64,000 nucleotides of DNA from Chiloscyllium plagiosum (GCF_004010195.1 NC_057711.1:82650046-82714045); one strand, 5' to 3'; shown: positions 12,781 to 26,656, numbered from the stretch's first letter. The notes: generated by a model from the letters alone, not told the origin. Program-made: numbers and translations.

Positions 12781-15700
12781 ATGAACAAAATTAGCTTTAA
12801 ACAGTTGATGGAAAACTGGAGTAATGAATATACCCAAATAAAGAAAACCCCCGTGACCACTTAAAAGGGAATCGGGATTCGCCCTCAAAACCTAGTATTT
12901 TTGTAACATCCTCTGATTTTGCAAAATTGATCTTGTAACCCGAAAAGGTGCCAAACAATTTGATAAATTGTATCAGATGAGACACCAAAGCTGCTGGGTT
13001 TGACAAAAAGATGAGGACATTGTCCGCGTACAACAAATTGTTTGATCGCACACCATTGGTGAGAACTGTGGCGAGACAGTCACTATAGAGAACTTTTACC
13101 CATCTTATAAAGGGTTCGCCCAAGCCAAACCGCTCTAGAATATAATAACGGTACGGCCACTCGACCCAGTCAAATGCCTTCTCTGCATTTAGAGAGATCA
13201 CCAATCCCTGTACAGACTGTTGTTGACACAGTTTGAATTACATTAAGCAGCCTTCTAACATTAATTGGAGATCTGCAGGCCATTATAAAGCCCGTCTGGA
13301 CCTCTTTAATAATAGAAGGCAACACAGTTTTCAGCCTTAATGCAAGAATCTTGGAAAACATTTTAAAATCAACATTTAAAAGTGAAATGGGCCTGTAAGA
13401 AGCACAGTCTTTCAAGCTTTTCCTTTTTTAAGAATAAGAGAGATACTTGCCTCTCTTTGAGATGGCAGGAGGCAATAATGGCTGTATGAATCATTAAACA
13501 TGTTAAGCATTGGGCCTGAGAATATGTTTATAAAATCCTTATAGAATTCATTGGGAACTCCATCAGGACCAGGTGCCTTTCCACTCTGAAGCTGCTTCAC
13601 AGCCTCCTGCACCTCTTGCTCTGAGAAAGAGGCGTTAAGAAAAGTCTGTCATTTGTGGGTTACACCCAGAAGCTCCAGATTCTTGAAAATAGACTCCATC
13701 CTAGCCTGCCCATCCTCACAACTTTCAGACTGGTATAATTCAGAATAAAATCTCTGAAATGCAGCACTGATCTTTTTAGAATCACAGGTTAGGTTTCCAG
13801 CACTTTCCCTGATCAACGTAATGGACTGGGGAGGGGCACTCCTTTTCCCGGCAAGATATGTGAAGCACTTGCCAGGTTTGTCTCCATGTTCAAACTGCCT
13901 TTGTTTTACAAAAGCCAGCTCCTTCTTTGCTGTCTGCATGAACATGGAGTTCAATACAGATGGAAGCACTGTGATCCTTTGCAGCTTAGCCAATGAGGGC
14001 CTGTCAGAGTAAGCCTTCTCGGCTGCCTTCAGCCGTGCTTCGAGCAGACATTGCTGCTCACCCTTCTGCTGCTTCCTACTGGCGGAGTAAGAAATAACTA
14101 ACTCCCTGGCATAGGCTTTGGCAGTTTCCCAAAGAATGGGAGGGCTACTAACTGAACCTGAGTGAATGTCTAGGAACACCCTGAATTTATTGGAGAAATA
14201 CTCCACAGACTTACTATCCTCAAGGATGAAGGGATCCATTCACTAGTGTCTTAGACCCGCTACAGCATCCTTAATCTTAACCAACAGATGGCAATATTAC
14301 CAATCGTACAAGATGCCACCAAGTCCAGGGTTGCCACGGGGGTCAGAAAAAAATCAATCCTTGTGTGGCACCTGTGCAGATTGGAAAAAATGTAAAATCC
14401 CTGCCTGTAGGGTGGAGATGCCTCCAGACGTCCACCAACCCTAACTCCACACACAAATCCAATAATTGCTTGGTTTGTAAAGAAGGTATCAGGGGGCCTT
14501 TGGGCAACCTGCCTACCACGAGATCCATAGGACAATTAAAATCTCCCCCTATGGTGATATGCTGAGATTCAAGACTAATCAATTTAGAGAACGCATCTAC
14601 CAGAAATCTGAGGGGGTGGGCTCGGGGACAATAGACATTTAAAATACCGCATTCTTCCCCATTTATCAAAGCTTCAAGGATTATGAGCCTCCCGCATGTG
14701 TCTTTAACACACTCTAGTAACTTAAATGGGAATTCCTCCTAACCAATATAGCCTCTCTCCTACTCCGAGTATTAAAATATGAAAAGTAAACACGATCAAA
14801 GCCATTTTGTTGCAATTTCAAACATTTCCTATCATCCAAATGTGTCTCCTGCAAGAAAGCAATATCCACCTTTTCCTTTCTAAGACTCAAGAGTACCTTT
14901 TTCCTCTTAATTGGTGAGTGACTTCCCTTGGTATTTCATCGAACGCCAATTAAAAGAGTCATTAGCCATAACTTTCCGCAGTAACATTTAGATTCCAGAG
15001 AGGAAGAACTCGAATTACAAATTGCTGAGCCTTAATAAAGGAAAATCCATGGAACATAAAAACTACTCAAACTAAAACCACTACAGTTAACAAACCTACA
15101 CAACTATTAAAGACTATATACAACAAAAACCAAAAACAAACAACATATAAAACACCAATGGCATTGGATAGGGGAGTTCACCCGTCACCAAAAGGGGATA
15201 CCTATGCACCCCAAAAGCCAACTTCTCACTCCATTGCCAACACAGAAATCGAGGCATTTAAATACCTAAACTGGGCTTATACTGCCCGTAAATAGGTGTC
15301 TAGCCATCCCAACCATTTTCTCTCCTCTTAGCTAGAGCTGCAACACAAACACATATGATCAAAAAAGGGAAATACAAAAAAAAAGTGAACAAAGAAGTTA
15401 AGAATGAATAGTAAGCAAGTAAGTACCCCACCCATTCTCTAGTATAGCTTAATTCAGAAGTTAAAAGTAAATACCCTATCCTTCCCCGAGCATAATTTAA
15501 CCCAGAAAACCCCAACACAACTTCCTTTCCTTAAGAAAAAAACACATATCCAAACAACACTACTATCTGTACATATTGAATCGTTTGGACTAAGTTAACT
15601 TGTCCACAATGTCTCTTGCTTCTCTGATGAGTCAAAGAAGTGTATGGATCCATTAAAGGTTATCCGAAGTCCTACTGGGTACCTTAGAGAGTACTGGATT

Positions 15701-17320
15701 CTGAGCTCCCCCAGTCTTTGCTTAATGCCATCAGAGGATTTTCTTTTCAAGATCACCGCCGCTGAGAAGTCCTGGATAAACATGATCTTAGAGGCCTCGT
15801 AAACCAAGACCTTTGGATCCTCCCCCTGGATTCTGGAAGCTTCCACAATTCTCTGCTTGTCTCTATAATAATGGAACCACACCAGGACAGGGCAAGGACG
15901 CTGGTCCAGACTCGGTGAGCTCTCTCAATCTTCGGACTTGCCATTCCAGCCTCCAAGTTAAGGAATTTCAGCAGCCAATCGTCAATATATTCCACTGGTC
16001 ACTCACCTTCTTTCCCCTGCGGCAGACCAGCAATCCGAATATTTTTCTTCCTGCCCCTGTTCTCAAGATCATCGATCTGGTCAAGCACATTATGGACCTG
16101 CATCTCCAGGGCCTGGATCCTATATTTAGAGGAATCAGTCCCAGCTTCTACCACTGTGACCCTGCGTTCAACCTCATTGAACTTTTCCTGAGGTCTCCCA
16201 GCTGCAGCTCATGCTTTTGCAGCATAACAGAGATCGGGGCCAGCTTTTCTTCAATTTGTTTACCTAGCATCTCCTGAAATTTCACCAGCTCTGATACCAG
16301 GGCATGGTAAGAACTCAAGTCTGAGGATTCTTTACTTGGGCTATGTTCCCGGTCTTGGGCGAGCCTGTTCCCTTCTTAGGCATCCCTGGATGGCAAGAAT
16401 TCAGGTAAGTGGCTTTTTAGAACTTTCTAGGACTCTGTGACTTTTTCTGGGTAGGGTGGGTTAGGGCGGTGCGGTGTGGAGCTCTGCAAAGTGATCTTCT
16501 TAGATCGCTGCATCTTGGATCCCTGTTTTCCCCTTTATGATTTAAATCTTGCTAACAGAGCCTCTGATATCTATTTGCTCTAGCTAAACCTCAATGTGTG
16601 GGACTGTTCCCACAGATCATCGGCATGTGACTTCATTACAACTACTTTGATGTGATTAATGCTGAACTTTCTTATCAGGTCTGATTGCTTTTTAAAATTT
16701 CTGTAGCTTTTCCACTGTGAATTATTGCCCTGAGGTTCGTTTTTGTTAGGTTTTCAGTTATTCAGCTCTTCCAGCTGCTGACTGTCCGCAAGGTCAGCCA
16801 TTTTAAATTTCTGTCCAAATAAATGGTCAGACTTTTAGCACTGCCAGCATGTACACGTCTACACCATTTGCCAAATTTTGTAAGATGAATTCTTGTCACT
16901 GTTCATCATGCTCCATGAGATAGTAGATTTGCAGCCACCATCCTCTTTTCTGCAGGAATCTACAGGACGTGCATGGTCTAATGTAGTTGAGGAAACCACT
17001 TTACAGTCAAATGTGAAGAGGCTCTTATCTTAAACAATGTATAGTTTATTGACAGCAACAGATACCATTTATAGTTTATTATATATGTTTAGCGTTATAT
17101 ACACCATAGGTAGTCAGGTTCTGTTGAGCCAGATATCTTGAAGAATATTTTCAACACTATTTACCAGGTTATAAAATCACAGACTTACTCTTTTAGGGGT
17201 CTGAGCAGTATGGGCTATGATGAGATTTATGGTAGATTTGGAGATGTTGAGAAAATGAGACATGGAAGCTAGACTGGGTACATGGTGAGTTGAGCTTGCT
17301 TCAAAGGACCTCCAAGTTGC

Positions 17321-17549
17321 AGCTGAAAATGTGTTGCTGGAAAAGCGCAGCAGGTCAGGCAGCATCCAAGGAGCAGGAAAATCGATGTTTTGGGCATGAG
17401 CCCTTCATAATGCCCCCCCCCCCCTTATTCCTGAAGAAGGGCTCATGCCCGAAACGTCGATTCTCCTGCTCCTTGGATGCTACCTGACCTGCTGCACTTT
17501 TCCAGCAACACATTTTCAGCTCTGATCTCCAGCATCTGCAGTCCTCACT
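17321..17549. mobile_element. Fold-back PLE-derived mini-element (family A)
   Basis: Inverted arms at about 17321-17406 and 17436-17521 around a poly-C spacer. 14-bp TSD acctccaa(g/t)ttgca at 17308-17321 and 17550-17563. Arms match the ends of the RT-bearing PLE at 55694-57238. Confidence 0.88.
17431..17458 (+). ncRNA. Minimal type I hammerhead ribozyme core (intact catalytic nucleotides)
   Basis: CTGAAGA-a-gggc-tcat-gccc-GAAA-cGTC with a palindromic ACGT stem III. Stem I is short. Confidence 0.65.
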
Positions 17550-17669
17550 ACCTCCAATTTGCATGCAACCAAATTCCATTGAAGGGCATGATGGACAGGG
17601 ATTAGCCATATGCACCTTTTGTGAACAGACATTGGCTCCTGGCACTTGCCAAACACTCAGGGCCATCAT

Positions 17670-18210
17670 GTTACCTCTCTGCAAGACAATCTGGAAGGAA
17701 TCCTTAGATTTTGGAAAAGTCCCAAAAGGTTTGGGAAACTGCCAATTAACAGTCTTATGCAATAAGGGAAGGAAAGAAAAAGGGACAAAAGAACAAGTAA
17801 TTACAGGCCCACTAGCTTTCAATCTAGCATTGGGAAAATGTAATTCTATTGTAAAGGATGTAACAACCGAGCACTTAGAAGCACATAATAAAATGAAATA
17901 GAGTTGGCATGGCTTCGTGAAGGGAAAATCATGCCTGACAAATTCACTAGTTCTTTTGGGGGGAGCAAGCAGGGCAGATAAAAGAGAGTCAATAGATGTA
18001 AAATATTTGGATTTCCAAAAGTCATTCAATGAAATATCAAACATTAAGCTCCATAATAAGATAAAAGCCAATGGTGTTAGGGATACTTTCTTAGAATGGA
18101 GAAAAGATTGGCTAACTAATGGAAGATAGGGAGTTCGGATAAAGAGAACATTTATAGAATGGCAACCTGTAACTAGTAGGGTGTCATAAGGATTAGTACT
18201 GGGGACATAA
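17670..18210 (+). mobile_element. Old CR1 RT fragment
   Basis: HGFVKGKSCLTN...DVKYLDFQKSF...WRKDWLTNGR. Confidence 0.8.
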
Positions 18211-18249
18211 TTGACAAATCTGCAATCTTACCATTTAGATGATATGGTA

Positions 18250-18550
18250 TCTTTTATTTTTTTCTGCTAAAATGAATGATTTCACAGTTTCCCTCAATAT
18301 TCACTTACCAGATATTTTACTACTCACTTAACCTATATCTTTGAAGCTTCCTTGTGTTGTCTTCACAACTTACTTTCCTATCTTTGTGTTGTCAGCAAAT
18401 TTAGCAACTTTTTCTTTGGTTCCTTCATTCAAATTATTTATATAAATTGTAAAAGATTGAAGCTCCAGTATCATAACCTGTTGCATACCACTCATTACAT
18501 CTTGCCAACCAGAAAAAGACACATTTATGCTTACTGTTTGTTTCCTGTTT
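18250..18550 (-). mobile_element. Old CR1 RT fragment
   Basis: Minus strand shows an AKFADNTKIG-type motif (ttgtcagcaaatttagc on +). Confidence 0.6.
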
Positions 18551-19169
18551 TCTTGCCATGGTCAATGTTCATCCTTGTTCAGTGTTTTGCTTTCAATGCC
18601 ATTACAAAAAATCCAGCCTCCACAGTGGGTTTAAAAAAATGGAACAATCATTTTACTGGCACAAAAGATACATTGTTGTGTTTATTGTAACATTCACATA
18701 AAAATGTCTCTAGCACCATTTCAATGAATTGAGTTCTAAATGATTTGTCTGAAAAGATGTCAATGAGCTCTTTAGACTTTCAGTTTCATTTCAAATGTGT
18801 TAATTCTTACATGCTGGACAAATTCTGTTGTTTTCTTGAGCACATTGCAGAAAAAAAACATATTCTTATAAAGCAAATCACTGTGGATACTGAAATTCTA
18901 AAAGAAAAACAGAAAATACCAAAATAATCGGCAAAATAGAGGTAAAAGCTTCAATTTTAGCAAAAGATAGGTAGTCCTGCCCCTGGGACCAAGAGTAGGA
19001 TTCAGCAATGGGAGACTGATGGGGGAGCTGGGTAGTTCGTGGGAGCAAGGGTATAATTTGTTTGGCAATGGGGAGCTGCTGGTTTTTATTGGCTGGCAGC
19101 TTTCTGCTGGTAGGTTTATAGCCTCCAAGATCCTTGATTCCAGGGAAGACCCACCATTACACCACGGTG

Positions 19170-22100
19170 AATCCAAAGAGGTTCTTTAAGTATATTAAAG
19201 GAAAATGAATTACTAGAGAGAGAATAGGACACCTCAAGCACTAAAGTGGACATGTATGTATAGAACCACAGGAAATAGGCGAGATCCGCAATGAATATAT
19301 CTCCTCTGTCTTTACTGTGGGGAAAGACATGAAGACTTGGAAACTTGGGGAAGATAGAAGGAGTTGGAAGGGCTTGGGAATTGAGTTGAAGAGGTTGAGC
19401 AGCGGACTGCAGCATCGGATACCAAGGTCGAGTCCTCAGTGGGCAGACCCAGGCCTTGAAAACCAGGAGCAGGCCTTGACTGAACAGGTTGATGATCTGG
19501 AAAATCAAGGTGGAGGGAAAATATCCAGATCGTTGGGCTGCCGGAGGGAGTGGAAGGCTTTTTTGAAGACTGGATGCCACAGTTTCTTGGCTGGGATGCC
19601 AAGGCAGACCGGGTGAAGGTTAACAGAGTTCACCAGGTTGCGGTGCACAGATCTGGTCTGGATTGGCGCACCCGCCCAGTCCTGGCATGATTTCAAAGCG
19701 ACAGGGACAAACAGAGAGTCCTAGAATCTTCTAGAAGGATGGGGAAAGATCCACAGGCCCTGACATATTTGGGAAATAAGATAATGTCTTTCCAGAGCTT
19801 TTCTGAGGCGGTGATTGTTTGAAATCATTTGATGAGGTCAAGAGAAAATTAATGGGCCTTGTATTCAATATTCAATGAGATATCCAACGGTGCTTTGTAT
19901 TATTCACGAGAAGACAGCGCAGTCATTTGACTCCTTGGTACAAATTAAAAATTTCTTGGACACTTTAAAATAATTTGGATGGATTTGTAGGCATGGACAA
20001 TAATGCTTGTTTTTTATTCCTCTTGTTATGTTTCTTGTAATTTTCCCCTTTTCTTAAAGAAGCTGCTGTTGGTGTGTTTTTATTCTCCGATTAGGATTGG
20101 TGTTGGTATATAGTTGGGGGTGGGCAGAGTGCTCATTATTTTGTCTATTTCCTTTCATTGCTTGGGTCTGGGGTGCAGCTCAAGCTGGATAGGGGAATGG
20201 ACGTGTGTGTGGGAGGTGTAAGCGCCTTCTATGGGCAGGGGGTAGAGTCCCCTATTAAGTGCCTTTTGTGTTTTGTAGTTAGTTTTGTTTTTTGTTTTTT
20301 CGTAAATATACTCCATGAGTCTGCTTTTGTATATGCTCAGCATACTGTAAGTCAAATTCTTCCTCTCGACAGGTCAAAGGTGGTTGTAAAGGATCACGGC
20401 TAGCAGTGTTCTGAAATGGTGCACCTGGAATATTAGAGGGATCCATTTGCCAGTTAAAAGGAGAGGGTGGATGTTGCCCTGGTTGCAGGAGACTCACCTT
20501 AATGACAAAGAACACTTGAAGTTATAGCAGGGCGTGTTTAATCAGGTGTTTTTCTTGTCCTTTAACACGAAGAGCAGGAGAGTGGCCATACTTGTCTGGA
20601 AGAATCTTCCATTTAAATTAGTAGATTGTGTTAAAGATGAATATGGTCGGTTTGATATGCTTACGGCCCTAATATATGGTGAGGAATATGGTATTTTGAA
20701 TGTCTATTGTCCTCCGGCTCAACCACTTAAATTTCTGACTGATGCACTATCTAAGCTGATGGCCTTTGAGTCATGGCATATTATTATAGGGGGTACTTTA
20801 ATTGCCTTATGGATCCTGTGCTGGATAGAATGCCCAAAGGCCCCCCAAAGCTTTCTCCACAATTTAAACAGTTGGTAAGCACCATTGAGGATTGATTTTT
20901 CCTAACTCCCGCAGCTCTTCTAGATTCAGTGATATCTTGCTCAATTGGGAATATTGCCATCTCTGATCTCGCAGCAGTATATTTAGTGGTTGAGATTAAG
21001 GATACTGCAATGAGCTCACGGTACTGGCCAATGGATCCCTTCATGCTCATGGACAGCAAGTTCGCCGAGTACTTCTCTAAGGAATTTGAAGCAATTTTGG
21101 CCACCATCTCAGGAACAGCTAGTAATCCATCCATTCTTTGGGAGACTGCTAAGGCCTATGCTAGAGGGATAATTATCACATACTCGGCTAATTAAAAGCG
21201 ATGGAAGGGAGAGCAGCAGCGTCTGCTCGAGGCATGATTAAAGGCAGCCGAGACGGCATATTACAGTAGACCATCAGTGACTAAGCTGCAGCGGATCACA
21301 GCCCTTCGATCTGTTTTAACCTCCATGCTTATGCACACAGCCAGGAAGGAACTTACATTGCTTCTAAAAGAGAAGGGAATGGGACTCTTACTTGTAATGC
21401 TAAGAAGATCAATGTGGCCTTTCGGAGGTTCTATTCTGAACTGTATCCGTCTGAATGTTGTGAGGATTGACAGGATAAAATGGAGTCTTTTTTTAGGAAC
21501 CTGGATCTTCCTGGTGTGTCTGCTGAGCAGGCGTCTCTCCTTAGTGCTCCTTTAACAGCCCAAGAGATACAGAAAGCAGTGAGGCAACTTCAAAGTGGTA
21601 AGGCGTCCAGTCCTGTTAGTCTTCCCAGTGAGTTTTATAAAGAATTTGTAAACATACTGTCAGGGCCAATGCTAGACATGTATAACTATTCATATACTTG
21701 TGATTGCCTCCCACTATCCTTGAGAGAGGCTAATATCTCTCTTATCCTCGAGAAAGGGAAGGCCTCGGAGGACTGTGCTTCTTATAGACCTATCTCACTC
21801 TTAAATTCTGATTTTAAAATCTAAGACCTTGGCATTGAGGTTGGAAGGGGTGTTGCCCTCTATTGTTAAAGAAGATCAGATGGGCTTTAAAAAGGTTCAC
21901 AGATCCACTAATAATATTAGGAAACTGCTTAACATGATACAAGTGTATCAGCAACGATCGGTTCAAGGATTGGTGGTCTCTTTGGACGTGGAGAAGTCAT
22001 TTGATTGGGTAGAATAGCTGTATCTCTTTTATACTCTGGAGCGGTTTGGCCAGAGTATTTACTAGATGGGTAAGGGTCCTTAACAATGATCCACTGGTGG

Positions 22101-25100
22101 CGGTTCTCACCAATGGTATAAGATCTGACAATTTTAACATTGGTAGGGGCAGTCGGTAAGGGTGTCCACTTTCAACTTTGCTTTTCACTTTGGTGATTGA
22201 GCCGTTGGTGGCGGCCATTTGTAGGGAACCTATTATAGCTGCCCCAAAGGTGGGGTAGAAGGTGCATAAGATTACATTATATGTGAAAGACGTTCTTATT
22301 TTTTCTCGGTGCCCTGTTTGATACAGTATATTAATTCATTTGGTTCTTTCTCAGGTTACAAGTTCAATTTTTCAAGGTCAGAGGCAATGCCTAAGCGGGG
22401 GGGTCTTAAAGGAATACCTGCCGTGGAAGGTGGGTTCCCCTTTAAATGGGCACAGGGAGGTTTTCTTTTCTTGGGCCTCTCTGTTACCCCGAGCTTTGAT
22501 CAGTTATTCAAGGCTACTTTTGTTCATTTGTTTGACAAGATTAAACAAGACCTTCAGAGATGGGGGGAGGGGCCCTTTCAATATCATGGTTGGGTCAAGT
22601 CACTCTTATCAAAATGAATGTTCTTCCTAGCTGATTGCACCCTTTGTGGATGCTCCCTTTGCTCTTTCCTAGGCAAACATTTTGGAAATTGAGTAGTTGG
22701 TTTAGTTCTTTTATTTGGCGCTATAAGTGACCCTTTGTTAAGCTTGCAAAACTGCAATTGACCCAGGGACTGGGGGGAATGGACCTCCTGGATATTAGAC
22801 GATATCAACTGAGCTCCCTCCTATCTTTTGTAAGTGACTGGGCCTGGGGGGACTTGGTGTTGACATAGTTGGACATTGAGGACTCCCAGACTAAGTGTCC
22901 TCTTATCAACCTATTGTTAAAAGACAAAATGATGATAGTTGCGGAACATTGCTGTAATCCATTAGTTACTAACACTGACAAAGCATGCAGAGCAATGAGA
23001 CAGATGGAGTGTAATATGTCTAAAACATCTTTTCTTACTCCCATAATTGGCATGCCGGGTTTCCGGCCAGGGAGAATGGACCCCACGTTTAAACTTTGAG
23101 CGGATAGGGGAGTCTCTTGTTTGGGTGATCTGTTTGAGGGTGAAGTGTTTGATCAAATAACTTGGAAATATGGATTGTTGAGTAGGGATCCTTCCATTTC
23201 TTTCAGATTAGAGATTTTATCTGAGAGGAGACCACACTTTTGACTGAGTGTTACAGATCTGATACGGAAAAGAGGGTGCATCAGGCTAAGAGCACTCTTT
23301 CAGTGAGTACTCTCTATCATTTGTTGGGGGGAGGTTCCTCGGGAGATATCGAGTGTCTATGTGAGGTCTGGGAGAGAGAGTTAGGAGTTGAGATCATTTC
23401 AGAAACATGGGAGGACATTTGTGTGAATGCGAAGAGGATTTTGATATGTAATAGGACCCATGCTATGCAGTTAAAGATTCTTCATCATGCTCATCTGGCC
23501 CCAGAGTGTCTTAAGCAAGGAAATATTAGCAAAATTTAAGCAGGGAGCATCTTCAATGTTCCCCAAGTGTAAAATAAATATGGGTACCCTCATTCATTGT
23601 CCTGCCACTTGCTCCATGCGTGTTGGAGTGCTGTGGCAGGAGTAACAGAGAGGGTCTTGGGGACCGAAGTCAAGATGGACCCGGTCTCTTTGTTCCTGAG
23701 TCTGCTGAAGTTACCTGTCTTAGATTTACATGGGAAAAAAGCTTTTTAACATTCTCACTTTTTGTGTGAGGAAGAGCATTCTGATGTGCTGAGTGTCTGA
23801 GAAACCCCCCAACTCCAACATCGGGTCTGTCGGGGTGGCGCGAGTTAATTATGGACCACATTCCTTCAGACTTCCTTACAAATATGGTGCACCAGAAAAC
23901 GGACAACTTTTACAAGACGTGGCAGCCCTTTTTGAATTACTTGGAAGCAGATCCGTCTGCCATTTTGATTTGGGCTTTTATCTAGCCATGATGGCTTGGT
24001 CTGATAAACCTAATGTCATGAGAGGAAGAATTTCAAACAAATGCGGGTTTAATAATTGATGCTCTTGAAGATTGAGAGCTATGGCCCTGTTGCGCTGAGC
24101 GGCATTATTTATTTATTGATTTGTAGTAAGTGTAGTTTGATTTTTTTGTAGAGTAGTATAGTAGTTGGTTCATTGTTTATTATTGTTTTTGATGTTATGA
24201 TGCTATATTTTCATGTTTTTGTAACTTTCTAATTTTGTATAGAAAAATTTTTCAATAAAAATATTTTAAAAAAAAGAACGGCTACAAAGAAAAGAATTGG
24301 GAACAAAAGACCAGTAAGCTTAACATCTATGGTAGGTAAGTTACTTGAGAAGATTCTGAGATAAGATATACGTGCATTTGGAAAGATAGGGTTTGTTTAG
24401 GAATAGTCAGCATGGCTTTGTGCATGGGAGATCATGCCTCACAAATTTGTTATGGTTCTTTGATGAAGTGACCAGGAAGGTTGAAGAGGGCAAGGCTATA
24501 GACGTAGTCCATATAGATTTCAGTAAGGCCTTTGATTAGATTCCACATGGTAGGCTGCTCTGGAAGATTAGATTACATGGAATCTAGAGGGAGCTGGCAA
24601 ATTAGATACAAAATTGGCTTGATGGTAGGAATCAGCGAGTAACAATGGAAGGATGTTTGTTGGACTGGAGGCCTGTGACTAGCGGATTGCCTCAGGGGTC
24701 AGTGCTGGGCCTATTACTGTTTGTTATCTATATCAATGATTTGAATGGGAATGTACAAGGCATGATTAGTAAGTTTGCAGATGACACAAAAATAGGTGAT
24801 ATCATGGACAGTGAGGATTGTTATCAGAAATTGCAGCAGGACCTTGATCAGCTGGGGAAGTGGGCTGAGATTTGGCAAATGGAGTTGAATACAGATAAGT
24901 GTGAGGTCATGCACTTTGGAAAGTCAAATCAAGGTAGGAGTTTCATGGTGAATGGTAGGGCCTTAAGGAATGTAATAGAACAGAGGGACCTTGGAGTTCA
25001 GGTGCACAGTTCTTTGAAAGTAGAGTCACAGGTAGACAGAGCAATGATGTAGACTTTTGGCACACTGGCCTTCATCAGTCAGGGTATAGAGTATAAAAGT

Positions 25101-25652
25101 TGGAAAGTTATATTACAGTTGTACAGGATGTTGGTGAGTATTGTGTTCAGTTTTGTCACTTTGCTACAGGAAGGATGTTATTAAATTGAAAAGAGTGCAG
25201 AGGAAGTTTACAAGGATGTTGCTAGGACTCGAGGGTCTGAGTTATAGGGAGAGGTTGGACAAACTATGACTTTTTAGAGCATAGGAGACTGAGGGGGATC
25301 TTATAGAAGCGTGTAAGATCATGAGGGGCATGGATAGGGTGTATGCACTCAGTACTTTTCCCAGGGTTGGGGAATCAAGGACAAGAGGGCATCAATGTAA
25401 GGTTAGAGGGAAAAGGATAAAAGGAAATCTGAGGGGCAACTTTTTTACACAGAGGGTGGTACATATGAGATGCTGGTGGAAGTGGTTGAGGTAGGTACAT
25501 TAACAACATTTAAAAGGCATTTGGATGGGAAAGGTTGAGAAGATTATGGGCCAAGTGCAGGGAAATGGAGTTAGCTTGGATAGACATTTTGGTCAGCATG
25601 GACCAGTTTCAGCCAAAGGGCCTGTCTCCTTGCTGTAGCACCTTTTGACTCT
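19170..25652 (+). mobile_element. CR1 LINE split by an L1 insertion (pieces about 19170-19350 and 24277-25652)
   Basis: Left piece NPKRFFKYIK...RERIG. Right piece RPVSLTS...QHGF...SGLPQGSVLG...SKFADDTK through the 3' tail. CR1 sequence between the pieces is missing. Confidence 0.85.
19351..24276 (+). mobile_element. 5'-truncated decayed L1-clade LINE
   Basis: ORF1 remnant (EQVDDLEN), APE (GILNVYCPP), RT (YRPISLLNSDFK; VEKSFDWVE), C-terminal HAMQLKILH...PKCK, AATAAA at about 24255 and an A-rich tail. Homologous to the L1 at 8979-16523. Confidence 0.9.
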
Positions 25653-26149
25653 ACACAGGTAAGTGCCAGATTATGACTTAATACAATGGCCCTCTTCCAG
25701 AGAACACATGAGGGAAGTTGGCCAGTTTTCCAGCCAACAGGCATTTTCTTCACAGTCAGCTGAGCTATTCATTACTGTTTGTTTTATCCAATGCCCCCCC
25801 AAACCCCCTTATCACTGCCTCTAGACATCATTGCTGTGAATGGCTGTCTCCTATCCATCAGTGTCAATGTCTACCATCTTCATATCTCATTTACAGGTTT
25901 TCTTACACTTGCGTTTCCACCTTTGGTGTCTCAGTCATATCTTCAACATCTCTTGGCAGACCAAGATTACCAATTCAATGGTTCTTAGTTCCATTGGCAT
26001 GCACACATTGTTAAGATAATTATGTCTTTGCTGGCTTGACCACTTTCATGGGATGGATAATGGCCATATAAAGGCAATCTACATTTCCCACTAGCCACCT
26101 AGTAATGATTTCCTGAATATCCAAAGAAAAGTAAGAGATAATCTTTTTA

Positions 26150-26480
26150 AACTATATAAGCTTGTGGGAGAGCTTGTTTTGGTAAATACTGAGACGATGC
26201 TTCCTCTCTGAGGGGAATCAACAATTAAGGAGCTCAGTTGTAAAGTAAGGGGTTATCCTTTGAGACGTAGATGAGGATGAAGTTCTTTTCTCACAGGTAG
26301 GTAATTTTCGATTTCTCTACCTCAGAGAGCCCTGGAGGGTGGGTTATTAAGTATATTCAAGGCTGACTTAAACAGATTTTTGACTTATTCCTTAGTCAAG
26401 ACTCGGTGGCTAGCAAGCAAAGTGAAGTTTGGACCATGATCTTAGTGAATGGTGGAGAGGTCCTGAGGGGCCTTCTCCAC
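26150..26480 (+). mobile_element. Old CR1 3' end fragment
   Basis: Decayed gatgagga...ttctctacctcagagagc...tattcaaggctga...ccatgatcttagtgaatggtgga CR1-type tail. Confidence 0.6.
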
Positions 26481-26656
26481 AGTAACTGACTGCTGCTGTG
26501 GCTAGGCTGGTGGACAGGGCTCAAAGCCTGCATTGTCCTCTGGTCTGTTGGTAGACCACACTCGGGCAGCTGACCTAGCCTCTTATGCTTTAGCAGGGTC
26601 AGCAAGCAAACTGAAAAATTCCGGATGGCGTCTCAGGATAGGCCTTATAATGTTTT

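Larger units (their letters stand above)
8979..16523 (-). mobile_element. Apparently full-length, decayed L1-clade LINE (5'UTR-ORF1-spacer-ORF2-3'UTR-polyA), interrupted by CR1 at 10684-12780
   Basis: ORF1 remnants (DDLENRGRKKNIRIAGL; KIERAHRV), APE (ILNVYCP; IGGDFNC), RT (KAPGPDG; YRPISLLNVDFK; AEKAFD; LYADNV), C-terminal CPKC..GSLTH knuckle, AATAAA at 8997-9002 and poly(A) at 8979-8986 on the minus strand. Confidence 0.9.

Noticed and set aside
15813..16277. 154-aa + strand ORF (and similar ORFs such as 17355-18071, 19116-19580, 51533-52021)
   Set aside because: Antisense shadows of L1, CR1 or PLE sequence.
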